Assembly (NCBI GenBank): GCA_963676235.1
Contig: OY781044.1
Location: 558,181-622,180, forward strand
Origin: Candidatus Methanomethylophilaceae archaeon
Lineage (GTDB): Archaea > Thermoplasmatota > Thermoplasmata > Methanomassiliicoccales > Methanomethylophilaceae
Length of the DNA stretch: 64,000 bases
Direction: 5' to 3'
The number at the start of each line of letters is the position of its first letter. Position 1 is the stretch's first letter. This document shows, in pieces, positions 9,317 to 17,957 of the stretch. The notes beneath the pieces were generated by a model, which was not told the origin of the DNA, ran no database searches, and worked only from the letters and a program-made list of their open reading frames with translations. Made by a program: the position numbers and the translations under genes.

Positions 9317-10530
9317 TGAAAACCTTCTTTGATGAATTCTATTATCTCGGTCTTTCCCTTTGGAATATCTGGCCTTACACCGTCACCTGCGGTAACGATC
9401 ATTTCAACACCGAAACTTTCCACTACAGACCTTATCTGATCTATATCCATCTTGTCGCAGACCTTTTTACTGACAGGATCCAGAATTATTAGTGTTCTCT
9501 CATTCAACTGATCCAGAATATTCAGACAGTCAAGTGTCCTTCTGATGGAAATATGAGAGATGCCCGGATTACGTTCCCTTATCACGGTCAATCCATTATC
9601 GTGTATTATCTCGCCTCTACCAGGAACACCTTTGAAATCAGACAATGCCTTCAGAACTGCTTCCTTAGATATGTTCATGGACTTGCACACTTCCAGTGCC
9701 AGATCCATTGAATCTATGTATCCTATTGATAGATATGAACCATCCAATGATATCTCAGAGATACCATCATAATCTACAGATACTTCGAGAACCTCGCCGA
9801 ACCTCGGTTTTTTCAGGATCTTTATGCGCCCGCCGTATCCGATCAATTCGTGGCTCCCATATCTTGACCACATCTCCTTCTCGACATCCAATACTATATT
9901 GACCTTGTCTGTGAGTATACTAGCCTTCGCGTCGGATGCCTTTCTTGTATTCTTCGCTATTCCATAATCCTCTACCAAATTGGTAATGACCGCAACATCT
10001 GCTTTTCCTGAACCGCCGAGGGAACATTCTGCGATTATAACATCATAATCCCCCTTCGGAAGTCTGAGCAATGATGTGGGTGCAATACTCATTTTGCACT
10101 CGATCCTGTGACGGCCGCTGATAAAAGGTCCTTGACCTCTGGATGTGTGAAGGAATACTTTCTTCCCTGCAACGTCTAGCATAGTAGCTAAAAGATAACA
10201 TGAACTCGTCTTTCCTTTCACTCCAGTGACCTCAATGCGGAATCTATCATCGTCTATACACTGATTCACCGCTTCCGAGAATGTCATCTCCTTGTCCCAT
10301 CTTGAACCATCCGCAAAAATGTCAGGACAATGCGCAGGAGCTATCTTCAGATCGTAGTATCCCTCGGGAACCAGAGGATGCGCCTCTGCACCCAAAGATC
10401 TGATATGATCCATTTGTTCTTCTGTAGCAATATTGTAAACATCCGCACAGACAACATGATACCCTCTCTTCGTATATTCTTCAGCGAGAATATCTCCGCC
10501 GTGAGTCATATCCATGATCAAGGCACGCAT
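9313..10530 (-). CDS. cfbE: coenzyme F430 synthetase (Mur-ligase family)
   Basis: Mur-ligase P-loop VTGVKGKTSS and its position inside the cfb cluster. Confidence 0.8.
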   Translation of the reverse strand: MRALIMDMTHGGDILAEEYTKRGYHVVCADVYNIATEEQMDHIRSLGAEAHPLVPEGYYDLKIAPAHCPDIFADGSRWDKEMTFSEAVNQCIDDDRFRIEVTGVKGKTSSCYLLATMLDVAGKKVFLHTSRGQGPFISGRHRIECKMSIAPTSLLRLPKGDYDVIIAECSLGGSGKADVAVITNLVEDYGIAKNTRKASDAKASILTDKVNIVLDVEKEMWSRYGSHELIGYGGRIKILKKPRFGEVLEVSVDYDGISEISLDGSYLSIGYIDSMDLALEVCKSMNISKEAVLKALSDFKGVPGRGEIIHDNGLTVIRERNPGISHISIRRTLDCLNILDQLNERTLIILDPVSKKVCDKMDIDQIRSVVESFGVEMIVTAGDGVRPDIPKGKTEIIEFIKEGFQ

Positions 10531-10536
10531 TAACGA

Positions 10537-11322
10537 TCACCCATAATATTTTCTGATCTTCTCAGCCAAGATATCACTAAGACGCGGATCGGAACCGATA
10601 GGCAAAGCGTAAGAGATGATAACATCCCTCCCATCATAATGATACACACCTCTCTTCTCCATCATACTCAAATGCAGTCTGGGGGGGACATCTTCTATCA
10701 AATGTTTTCCTGCTGCGATGAATAAAGGAAGTACGATTATCTGCTTCATACCGTCATCCAACATTTTTTGCATCGTCTCATCGATATCGGGATGATTCAT
10801 CTCGTTGAATCCGATGTATGTATTGTATCCCATCTCTCTGAGGCGGCCTGCATGGAAATTCATGACCTCTGAATTATATGGTAATTTCGAACCGTGACCA
10901 ATTATCATAATACCCAGACTCTGCTTTTCTTCACAGAGTTCGATTATCTTCTCTTTCAGAATGTTCGTAAGAAGAGGGTCGTTTCCAAAGGGCGTCTCAA
11001 AATACAATTTTACATCCTTACCGTTGACCGAGACGACTGATTCTGGAAAATTGGTCTTCAATCCCAATTTTTTAGGAATATCCCTGGTCATATGTAAACC
11101 CGAAGCTATGAAGAACGGAAGACATACGATCTCATTGATACCATCATTTACCATATTCTCCAATATTTCAGATATAGAGGGAATGGATGATTCGTTATAT
11201 CCTATGTAGATATTATCGAATCCCTTCTCTGCAAGAAGTTCGGCCTGTCTATCCATTATCGCTTTGTTGTAAAACATTGTGGATCCGTGACCCATTATCA
11301 TAATTCCTTGCTGTTTATTCAT
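10537..11322 (-). CDS. cfbA: sirohydrochlorin nickelochelatase, internally duplicated CbiX-type
   Basis: Two CbiX halves, each with GHGS and a second His motif (IMGHGS...ASGLH and IIGHGS...AAGKH). The track start is GTG 11331; the ATG at 11322 gives MNKQQGIMIMGHGS. Confidence 0.8.
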   Translation of the reverse strand: MNKQQGIMIMGHGSTMFYNKAIMDRQAELLAEKGFDNIYIGYNESSIPSISEILENMVNDGINEIVCLPFFIASGLHMTRDIPKKLGLKTNFPESVVSVNGKDVKLYFETPFGNDPLLTNILKEKIIELCEEKQSLGIMIIGHGSKLPYNSEVMNFHAGRLREMGYNTYIGFNEMNHPDIDETMQKMLDDGMKQIIVLPLFIAAGKHLIEDVPPRLHLSMMEKRGVYHYDGRDVIISYALPIGSDPRLSDILAEKIRKYYG

Positions 11323-11356
11323 GATTATCACTATTACACATTTTTAAAATACCGGA

Positions 11357-12157
11357 TCATTCACCTTTCATGCCACCGGCATATCCTTTTGTCAAGGAGA
11401 GGATCTTCTTTGCTAATTCACGATAAAGGTCTGCCTGAACAGAATCAGGAGCACCTTCAACGACTGTCATTTTCTTTGATTCACAGGTCTGTACGATCTT
11501 GTCTCTAGGCATACGGAATATCACATCCGTACCGATCTCCTCTGTAGCTGCATCTACTACATCGTTCTCACATTCAATATCTCTTGAATTCTGTATTATG
11601 CCGCCCAATCTGGCATAACCCTTAGAACTCATGTCATTCACAGCTATTGCAATATTGTTTGCAGCATACAGAGCCATCAACTCGCCCGATGTCACGATGA
11701 AAACATCTCTTGTATATCCATGCCTTATGGGCATTGCGAAACCACCGCAGACAACATCACCCAAAACATCATAGATTATAACGTCCGGTTGACATACACG
11801 GATAACATCCTTCGCTTCTAGGGTTTCGAATGCCACTATTATGCCTCTTCCGGCACATCCTGTTCCCGGCCTGGGCCCTCCGCACTCTGCACACATGATG
11901 CCTTTATACCCTTCGTGGATCATGCTTAGAAGCTCTGTGTTGCCTTCTTTTACACAATCAAGAATAGTCTTTATAGGCATATCGTGAAGAAGCATCTTCG
12001 TAGAATCCGCTTTCGGATCGCAACCTATCTGAAGGACCCTGTATCCAAGGTCAGCCAATGCTGCCGAAATATTCGCGGCCGTCGTTGATTTTCCTATTCC
12101 ACCCTTACCATACAAGGCTATCCGGCGTACCGGCTTTGAGAATTCATTACTGCTCAT
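11357..12157 (-). CDS. cfbC: Ni-sirohydrochlorin a,c-diamide reductive cyclase, NifH-like ATPase subunit
   Basis: NifH-type motifs: [42 protein letters not shown]. First gene of the cluster. Confidence 0.85.
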   Translation of the reverse strand: MSSNEFSKPVRRIALYGKGGIGKSTTAANISAALADLGYRVLQIGCDPKADSTKMLLHDMPIKTILDCVKEGNTELLSMIHEGYKGIMCAECGGPRPGTGCAGRGIIVAFETLEAKDVIRVCQPDVIIYDVLGDVVCGGFAMPIRHGYTRDVFIVTSGELMALYAANNIAIAVNDMSSKGYARLGGIIQNSRDIECENDVVDAATEEIGTDVIFRMPRDKIVQTCESKKMTVVEGAPDSVQADLYRELAKKILSLTKGYAGGMKGE

Positions 12158-12240
12158 TCGAATCCCGTAATGTTTTTAGTAATACTCTTCCAGTATAAGT
12201 AATACGTTGATAATATGTTTGTGTTACTATAAACACATGA

Positions 12241-12256
12241 ATATGTTTGAAAACAT
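12241..12256. promoter_or_regulatory. ATATGTTTGAAAACAT motif, 84-99 nt upstream of the cfbC ATG
   Basis: Inverted half-sites ATGTTT / AAACAT. AATATGTTTG recurs at 12212..12221, and a near-identical copy lies at 6666..6682. Confidence 0.3.
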
Positions 12257-12340
12257 GCTACTATATTACAAATGGGTATTCTACAACAACTGAATTATGC
12301 TCTGGCAATTCAAATGATTGTGCTTGAAATTGCCAAAAAA

Positions 12341-12952
12341 TTATTGAGCACATTTCTGCCCTACGATTATGAAATAATCCTCGTCATCCTGTGTAAATAA
12401 GATCTCGAGTCCATTATCAACAAACATTTTCTTCATTGTTTCCATACACGGAAGATAATCCTTAGAAATAACCTCTCCTCCGGTCCTGTGAACTTGATTG
12501 ATCTTATCCCTTGAACATGAATGAGATATCATTAGCTTTCCTCCGTATTTCAGCGCCTTACACAATATTGAAACCGCCAAGGACTGATCAGGAAAATGCG
12601 GAAAACAAGAATAACATACTATTGTATCAAAAGCCATAAAAGAATCGATATCATATAGATCTTTGACCTCAAACCAGATCATAGAATGCTCTTTGGATGG
12701 ATACTTCTTCTTGGCAATAGCTACCATATTCTCGGAATAATCCACGGCCAATACACTCCCCGATGTCAAATATTTCTCATAAAAAGGAATCATTATACCT
12801 GTGCCGGTGCCGACATCCATAATACGTTCTTCTCCCTTCAATTTCAATAATGATGTGATGTAGTCAACTCTTTTCAGATCATGCACTGAAATTACATCCC
12901 ATTGTTCAGCATTTTTATTGAAAAATTCTTTCTGCATTGGATTCTTTATCAT
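12341..12952 (-). CDS. class I SAM-dependent methyltransferase
   Basis: Motif I (MDVGTGTG). It starts 4 nt after the ABC ATPase stop, so it is the last gene of the transporter operon. Confidence 0.7.
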   Translation of the reverse strand: MIKNPMQKEFFNKNAEQWDVISVHDLKRVDYITSLLKLKGEERIMDVGTGTGIMIPFYEKYLTSGSVLAVDYSENMVAIAKKKYPSKEHSMIWFEVKDLYDIDSFMAFDTIVCYSCFPHFPDQSLAVSILCKALKYGGKLMISHSCSRDKINQVHRTGGEVISKDYLPCMETMKKMFVDNGLEILFTQDDEDYFIIVGQKCAQ

Positions 12953-12956
12953 GATC

Positions 12957-13721
12957 TCACCGCGTATATGATTTTGGAACTATTATCGGGATTCCGTGTA
13001 TCTCTTCGACATAAGAATCCATATTGTAAACAGCTTTGATATTCTCAGGAGTGATTATTTCTCTGCCTCCGGCAGCATATATCTTTCCTGATTTCATAAG
13101 AATGAATTTATCAGAATGACGAACAGCCAGATTCAGATCGTGTACGACCATCACGGCAGCCATACCGTTATTCTTGACAATTTTCTGAATAAGATGCATC
13201 ATGGCATGCTGATTCGACGGATCCAGATTGCTTGTAGGTTCATCCAATAATATTATCTTGGGTTGCTGAACAAATACCCTGGCTATCTGCACTAATTGAT
13301 ACTCTCCACCACTTATTTCATCTATATATTTCATAGACAGATCATTTAGACCAACAAGATCTATGACCTTACTCGTAATTCTAAGATCCTTTTCTGATGC
13401 ATCTATAGTTATGTGAGGTTTCCTTCCGAGAAGAACCGATTCGAATACGGTCATCCTGGAGACCTCACCTCTCTGCGACACATATCCGATATTCTTAGCA
13501 ACATCATTACGGCTCATACTGTTCAGATCGACCTTATCAAGTTCTACAAGACCGGATTTAGGATGAAGAATATTATCCATGCATTTTAAGAGAGTCGTCT
13601 TTCCAACTCCGTTGGGGCCGAGAAGCGACACTATATCTCCCTCCTCAACCTCAAATGTGATATCCTCGAGAGTGTTCTTGCCTGCATAGGAGAATTTTAC
13701 ACCATTTGCATTGAACATCAT
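12957..13721 (-). CDS. ABC transporter ATP-binding protein (FepC/BtuD-type)
   Basis: Walker A GPNGVGKTT, signature ISGGEYQ, Walker B ILLDEP. Confidence 0.9.
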   Translation of the reverse strand: MMFNANGVKFSYAGKNTLEDITFEVEEGDIVSLLGPNGVGKTTLLKCMDNILHPKSGLVELDKVDLNSMSRNDVAKNIGYVSQRGEVSRMTVFESVLLGRKPHITIDASEKDLRITSKVIDLVGLNDLSMKYIDEISGGEYQLVQIARVFVQQPKIILLDEPTSNLDPSNQHAMMHLIQKIVKNNGMAAVMVVHDLNLAVRHSDKFILMKSGKIYAAGGREIITPENIKAVYNMDSYVEEIHGIPIIVPKSYTR

Positions 13722-13722
13722 T

Positions 13723-14823
13723 TTATCTGTACCTCTTGATCAGAAGATATATGAATAAAGGTCCTCCCAGAAGAGATGTTATTATCCCTACTGGAATGAC
13801 CTCCGGCGCCAAGATCCTCTTTCCCACCAGATCTGCAAATACCAAGATTATAGCACCGATTATCATTGAAGCCGGAATAAGATATCTGTGGTCCCCTCCG
13901 ATTATCATACGTGCTATGTGTGGCCCCAATAACCCTACAAAAGCTATGATTCCAAAAAAAGATACTATGACCGAGCATAATAATGAAGAAAGGATCATTC
14001 CTATTATCCTTTCTCTTTCAGTATTCACTCCCAGACCTTTAGCTGTATCCTCTCCTGCATCCATCGCATTGTATTCCCAACGCCTGAACATGAAGTAAGT
14101 AACTACAACCAGCAATGTTGCAAACACGAAAAGGTCCCACGTCCATGTGCCTCTTCCGAGATCGCCGAAACTCCAAGATACGATGTTGGCCAATTGAGAA
14201 TCGGTCGCAATAAACTGAACAAACGATAAAGCCGCAGAGAAAATAGCACTGATTGCAATTCCTGCCAACACCATGGTCTCTGCTGTGATCTTTGTTATTT
14301 TAGTAAGCAAAAGGATTAGCCCTGTTGCAAGCATACTGAAAAAGAACGCAAAACCTGTTGTTAAAAAAGGATTATCGATCGAGATAGAGGACGTTATCAT
14401 TGATCCTGTACCCACAAAGACGATCGAGAATGCCGCACCGAATGCTGCGGCACTTGAAAGTCCCAGAGTATATGGAGAAGCCAAAGGATTCCTCAATATA
14501 CATTGCATAACCACGCCGGATACTGCAAGACCTGCGCCTATCAGTACAGCTCCAATTATACGAACCAATCTGGCATTCCAAACTATACGACCGAATCCGT
14601 TAGTATCAAATGTAAAAATATATTTTAAAATATCTACAAATGAAATGTGGATGGGTCCAACATATACTGCTACCATGATTGAAACGATCAGTATTACGAT
14701 CGCACCTACCATGAACAGATTCTTATGCCTTACATATCCTTTATATGTCTTGGAAGACGCGGATTCAAGACCCTGATCATAATCATCATAGATCTTGTAC
14801 TTATTATCCATTTCACTACTCAT
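13723..14823 (-). CDS. FecCD/BtuC-family ABC permease
   Basis: Polytopic membrane protein with typical FecCD blocks: RNPLASPYTLGLSSAAAFGA, GIIAFVGLLGPHIAR. The track start is TTG 14826; there is an ATG at 14823. Confidence 0.85.
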   Translation of the reverse strand: MSSEMDNKYKIYDDYDQGLESASSKTYKGYVRHKNLFMVGAIVILIVSIMVAVYVGPIHISFVDILKYIFTFDTNGFGRIVWNARLVRIIGAVLIGAGLAVSGVVMQCILRNPLASPYTLGLSSAAAFGAAFSIVFVGTGSMITSSISIDNPFLTTGFAFFFSMLATGLILLLTKITKITAETMVLAGIAISAIFSAALSFVQFIATDSQLANIVSWSFGDLGRGTWTWDLFVFATLLVVVTYFMFRRWEYNAMDAGEDTAKGLGVNTERERIIGMILSSLLCSVIVSFFGIIAFVGLLGPHIARMIIGGDHRYLIPASMIIGAIILVFADLVGKRILAPEVIPVGIITSLLGGPLFIYLLIKRYR

Positions 14824-14869
14824 CAATTACCTTCCAATTAGTCTTCCAAGACTATTTAACTTTTTCAGA

Positions 14870-15949
14870 TCAAATGGTTACCTGTCCACACCCCCCTCCT
14901 GTCTGCAAGGCCGCCAGATCGTCGTATGTCAGATCGGTCGAATAGAGAAGATCTATTACTTCATTCGCCTTATCATCAAATGCCCAGCTGTAATGGCTTC
15001 CGTTAACAACAGATGCGACATAAAAACAATTGATCAATTGAGCATCCCATTGTGTTCCCCAAACCTTGTAAGTCATGAGCTTGTAAACATCACCATTTAT
15101 GATTGCTGGTTCATTGCCCAATGTACTGGATCCGATATAATCCTTTATCTGACCCGTGGTCGTTGAAACTGAACTTCCATCGATGAATATGTAATCGAAC
15201 GTCGTTGCTACAATGTCTTCGATTGTCGTATTATACGGCTGTCCAGTACCTGACGGATTAGATGGCATTACATTTGTAACACCTGAATATGTGAAAGGCA
15301 AATAATCTCCTGCTCCAGATGTCTTGAGGAAGTTTCCAGCACCGTAGAACATCATTCCACACGCATATGCGCTTACGTCTGAAACACTTTCTGATGTGAT
15401 GTCTCCGATAAGATCCTTGATACCGTTGTTGATCTCTGCTGCTCTGCTCTCTTCTTTGAAAAGTATCCCAAGCTTGGTGATCTGCACAAACCATGCTTCC
15501 GATCCAAATTCAAGATCTGCGTTGATTCCATAGACTGGGACACCATATGTTGTCTGTTCCCGGTTCAAATCCTCTACTGAAACAGTAGATGATATTACAA
15601 CGCTCGGATGTAAAGCTATTATCTCTTCAGCATTACTGACCGTTATAACCTTAAGAGAACTCAAGAACTGGCTATAAACTTGAGTGTAGATCTTGTTCCC
15701 TATTATCGCATCATTGGAATCCCTTGCACATACCTTGTGCATAGCATCGAAATAACTGACAAGTTCCAATGAACAACAATCAATACAGAAAATTGTATCG
15801 ATATCTCCGTCTATAGATATTGTCCTTCCACGAGAATCTACAATATCCCCATTAGAATTATTGCCGTTCAATGCATAGATACCGATACCTACAGCAGCGG
15901 CAGCAATAATCACTACTGCAACAACTGCGAAAATTTTGTTCTTATCCAT
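14870..15949 (-). CDS. membrane-anchored periplasmic-binding-protein-type substrate-binding protein (BtuF/FepB-like)
   Basis: N-terminal TM anchor followed by a Peripla_BP_2-like domain, within the ABC operon. ATG at 15949; the track start is TTG 15952. Confidence 0.7.
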   Translation of the reverse strand: MDKNKIFAVVAVVIIAAAAVGIGIYALNGNNSNGDIVDSRGRTISIDGDIDTIFCIDCCSLELVSYFDAMHKVCARDSNDAIIGNKIYTQVYSQFLSSLKVITVSNAEEIIALHPSVVISSTVSVEDLNREQTTYGVPVYGINADLEFGSEAWFVQITKLGILFKEESRAAEINNGIKDLIGDITSESVSDVSAYACGMMFYGAGNFLKTSGAGDYLPFTYSGVTNVMPSNPSGTGQPYNTTIEDIVATTFDYIFIDGSSVSTTTGQIKDYIGSSTLGNEPAIINGDVYKLMTYKVWGTQWDAQLINCFYVASVVNGSHYSWAFDDKANEVIDLLYSTDLTYDDLAALQTGGGCGQVTI

Positions 15950-15962
15950 CAAATCACCATGA

Positions 15963-16304
15963 TCAGGCAGCGGATTCGACGTTCGAAGTCTTCACTTCGA
16001 CCGAAACATAATGATTATAGATCAATACCATTGCGGCCCAAACTGCTGTGATCGCGAGAAGCATGGGAACACCGATAGTTGCCATTTCGTGAAGCATCGC
16101 AGATGTATCTGCGGAATTCGACATTGCCGTGAGGAAGGGAAACCATGGAACCACTTCTCCATGCCAAATATGTTCAACAAGAAGTGCGAGAACCGCTCCC
16201 CATGCCATTATATTGAACCATTGAATATGATACTTCTCCGGAATTTGTTTTCTGAATACTGTCGTGCATACTGCTGCTGCTGCAGGAACTAAGAAACATG
16301 CCAT
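15963..16304 (-). CDS. small integral membrane protein, unknown function
   Basis: Three or four hydrophobic helices, with His/Trp-rich LVEHIWHGEVVPWFPF. It abuts the upstream gene's stop. Confidence 0.5.
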   Translation of the reverse strand: MACFLVPAAAAVCTTVFRKQIPEKYHIQWFNIMAWGAVLALLVEHIWHGEVVPWFPFLTAMSNSADTSAMLHEMATIGVPMLLAITAVWAAMVLIYNHYVSVEVKTSNVESAA

Positions 16305-16306
16305 TT

Positions 16307-16615
16307 TCAATCAACCTCTGAATTTACATTTACTTTATCTACTGTGCTTACTGCACCCATTTTGAGTTTCTGTATGATAAGATACGCTTCCCATACCGCA
16401 AATATTGGAATCAACATCGCGATGCTTAGAACAAGCGAATCTGCACTTATATCAAAAAAGGCCCCATCCTCATAACCGAGGACGTGATCGACAAAGATAC
16501 AAGTTGTAAGGCCCCAAAGAGCCAATGATAAAATATCGAATCTATAAAACCTGGGCGCTACGAACCAAGCGGCAGTGACCGCCAGGGCTGCCAGTGCGGA
16601 AATTATAAGCCACAT
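16307..16615 (-). CDS. small integral membrane protein, unknown function
   Basis: Three predicted TM helices. First gene of the ABC operon, with an ATG start. Confidence 0.5.
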   Translation of the reverse strand: MWLIISALAALAVTAAWFVAPRFYRFDILSLALWGLTTCIFVDHVLGYEDGAFFDISADSLVLSIAMLIPIFAVWEAYLIIQKLKMGAVSTVDKVNVNSEVD

Positions 16616-17318
16616 TTTGTTTTTCTCCAGTAATACTAATATATTACTTGCACGTCAGTATAACATACTAATTATAAATTATTATGCTATAAATAACATC
16701 TATTTGAAATACATGTAATATTATAAAAAAAATCTTAATCATACCCTTCATTTGTCGTAATCAAACTCTCGTACATCTTATTAAAAATTCTCTTAAAATA
16801 TTCTCAATCCCTTCATTCCACTACCGATAATCTTGTTTAAGAAATATGTGTACTAAAAAATTTCCTTATCTTGAAATAATTCATCTGCATGTAAAAAGAT
16901 TTTTTACATTGTTCTTTGACGATTGAAATGACATTCCTCTACCTTCGCATGATCAGATTCCACCTTGACATCGATAAGAGTTCTGTTCGCTCTGCATGAT
17001 CTTTTACACATCGTTTTACAACCACCAATGATCCGTTTTATTTGATTTTTATAAATCACAAAATAATATAATAAATAAGTTTATATATTAAATTTGCAAC
17101 AAAATGGTTTATTTATATACTATTTTTTCGTACAATTTACAATAATCAACCATAAAAACAGTTAACAGGGGTTTAATATACTTTGTTTAAATACTAAACT
17201 ACCTAAAAAATAGTTATAACATATTTTTTAAACGGATTATACATCCATCCATAAATTTACTATAAATATGTACAACGTAAATGATAATCTGGACCAAAAA
17301 GGCCTATGAGGAAAATAT

Positions 17319-17957
17319 ATGACCAAACAACAAATCCTAGATGAACTGTGTAGTGCAGTAGAAAATTGTAAGGCAGACCTTGCAAAAAATGCTGCAGAAA
17401 AAGCACTGAAAGAAGGAGTTAATCCATTAGACGCCATCAATGATGGACTCGTAAAAGGGATGTCCGTTATCGGAGACAAGTACGCTGCACATACAGTATA
17501 CCTACCTCAAGTACTGGTTGCAGCACATGCAATGTACGCTGGACTTGATATTCTACTTCCAGCAATACCTAGAGAGGACCTGAAAGACAGCAAAACCTGT
17601 ATGACCGCTGTTGTAGAAGGGGATGTCCATGACATCGGAAAGAACATTGTTAAAACAATGATGGTCGCAGGCGGATTCCTTGTTACTGATCTCGGAAAAG
17701 ACATTTCTCCGACAGACATCGCAAAAGCCGTTAAGGATAATAAAACTAACATCGTAGCACTCAGCACACTCATGACTCCCACCATGGATAACATGAAAGC
17801 AACTATTGATGCACTCAAGGAGAACGGATACCGCGGAAACTGTACTATTACCATCGGCGGACCTCCAACGTCGCCGTCCTTTGCAAAAGAGATCGGAGCA
17901 GACCACAGAGACACTAACGCTCAAGACTGCGTCAACTGGCTCAAGGGGGCGAGGTAA
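17319..17957 (+). CDS. methyltransferase cognate corrinoid protein (MtbC/MtsB-size class)
   Basis: B12-binding DxHxxG motif (GDVHDIGKNIV), then LSTLMTPTM and GGPP. GAGG RBS 8 nt upstream. Confidence 0.9.
   Translation: MTKQQILDELCSAVENCKADLAKNAAEKALKEGVNPLDAINDGLVKGMSVIGDKYAAHTVYLPQVLVAAHAMYAGLDILLPAIPREDLKDSKTCMTAVVEGDVHDIGKNIVKTMMVAGGFLVTDLGKDISPTDIAKAVKDNKTNIVALSTLMTPTMDNMKATIDALKENGYRGNCTITIGGPPTSPSFAKEIGADHRDTNAQDCVNWLKGAR

Noticed and set aside
16616-17318. Missing substrate-specific methyltransferase (MtaB/MtmB/MtbB/MttB), possibly hidden as an amber (pyrrolysine)-interrupted ORF next to the corrinoid genes; 54024..54547 was checked as well
   Set aside because: Both spacers are very AT-rich, full of stops in all frames, and look like promoter or leader DNA. 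No long ORF can be joined across a single TAG.
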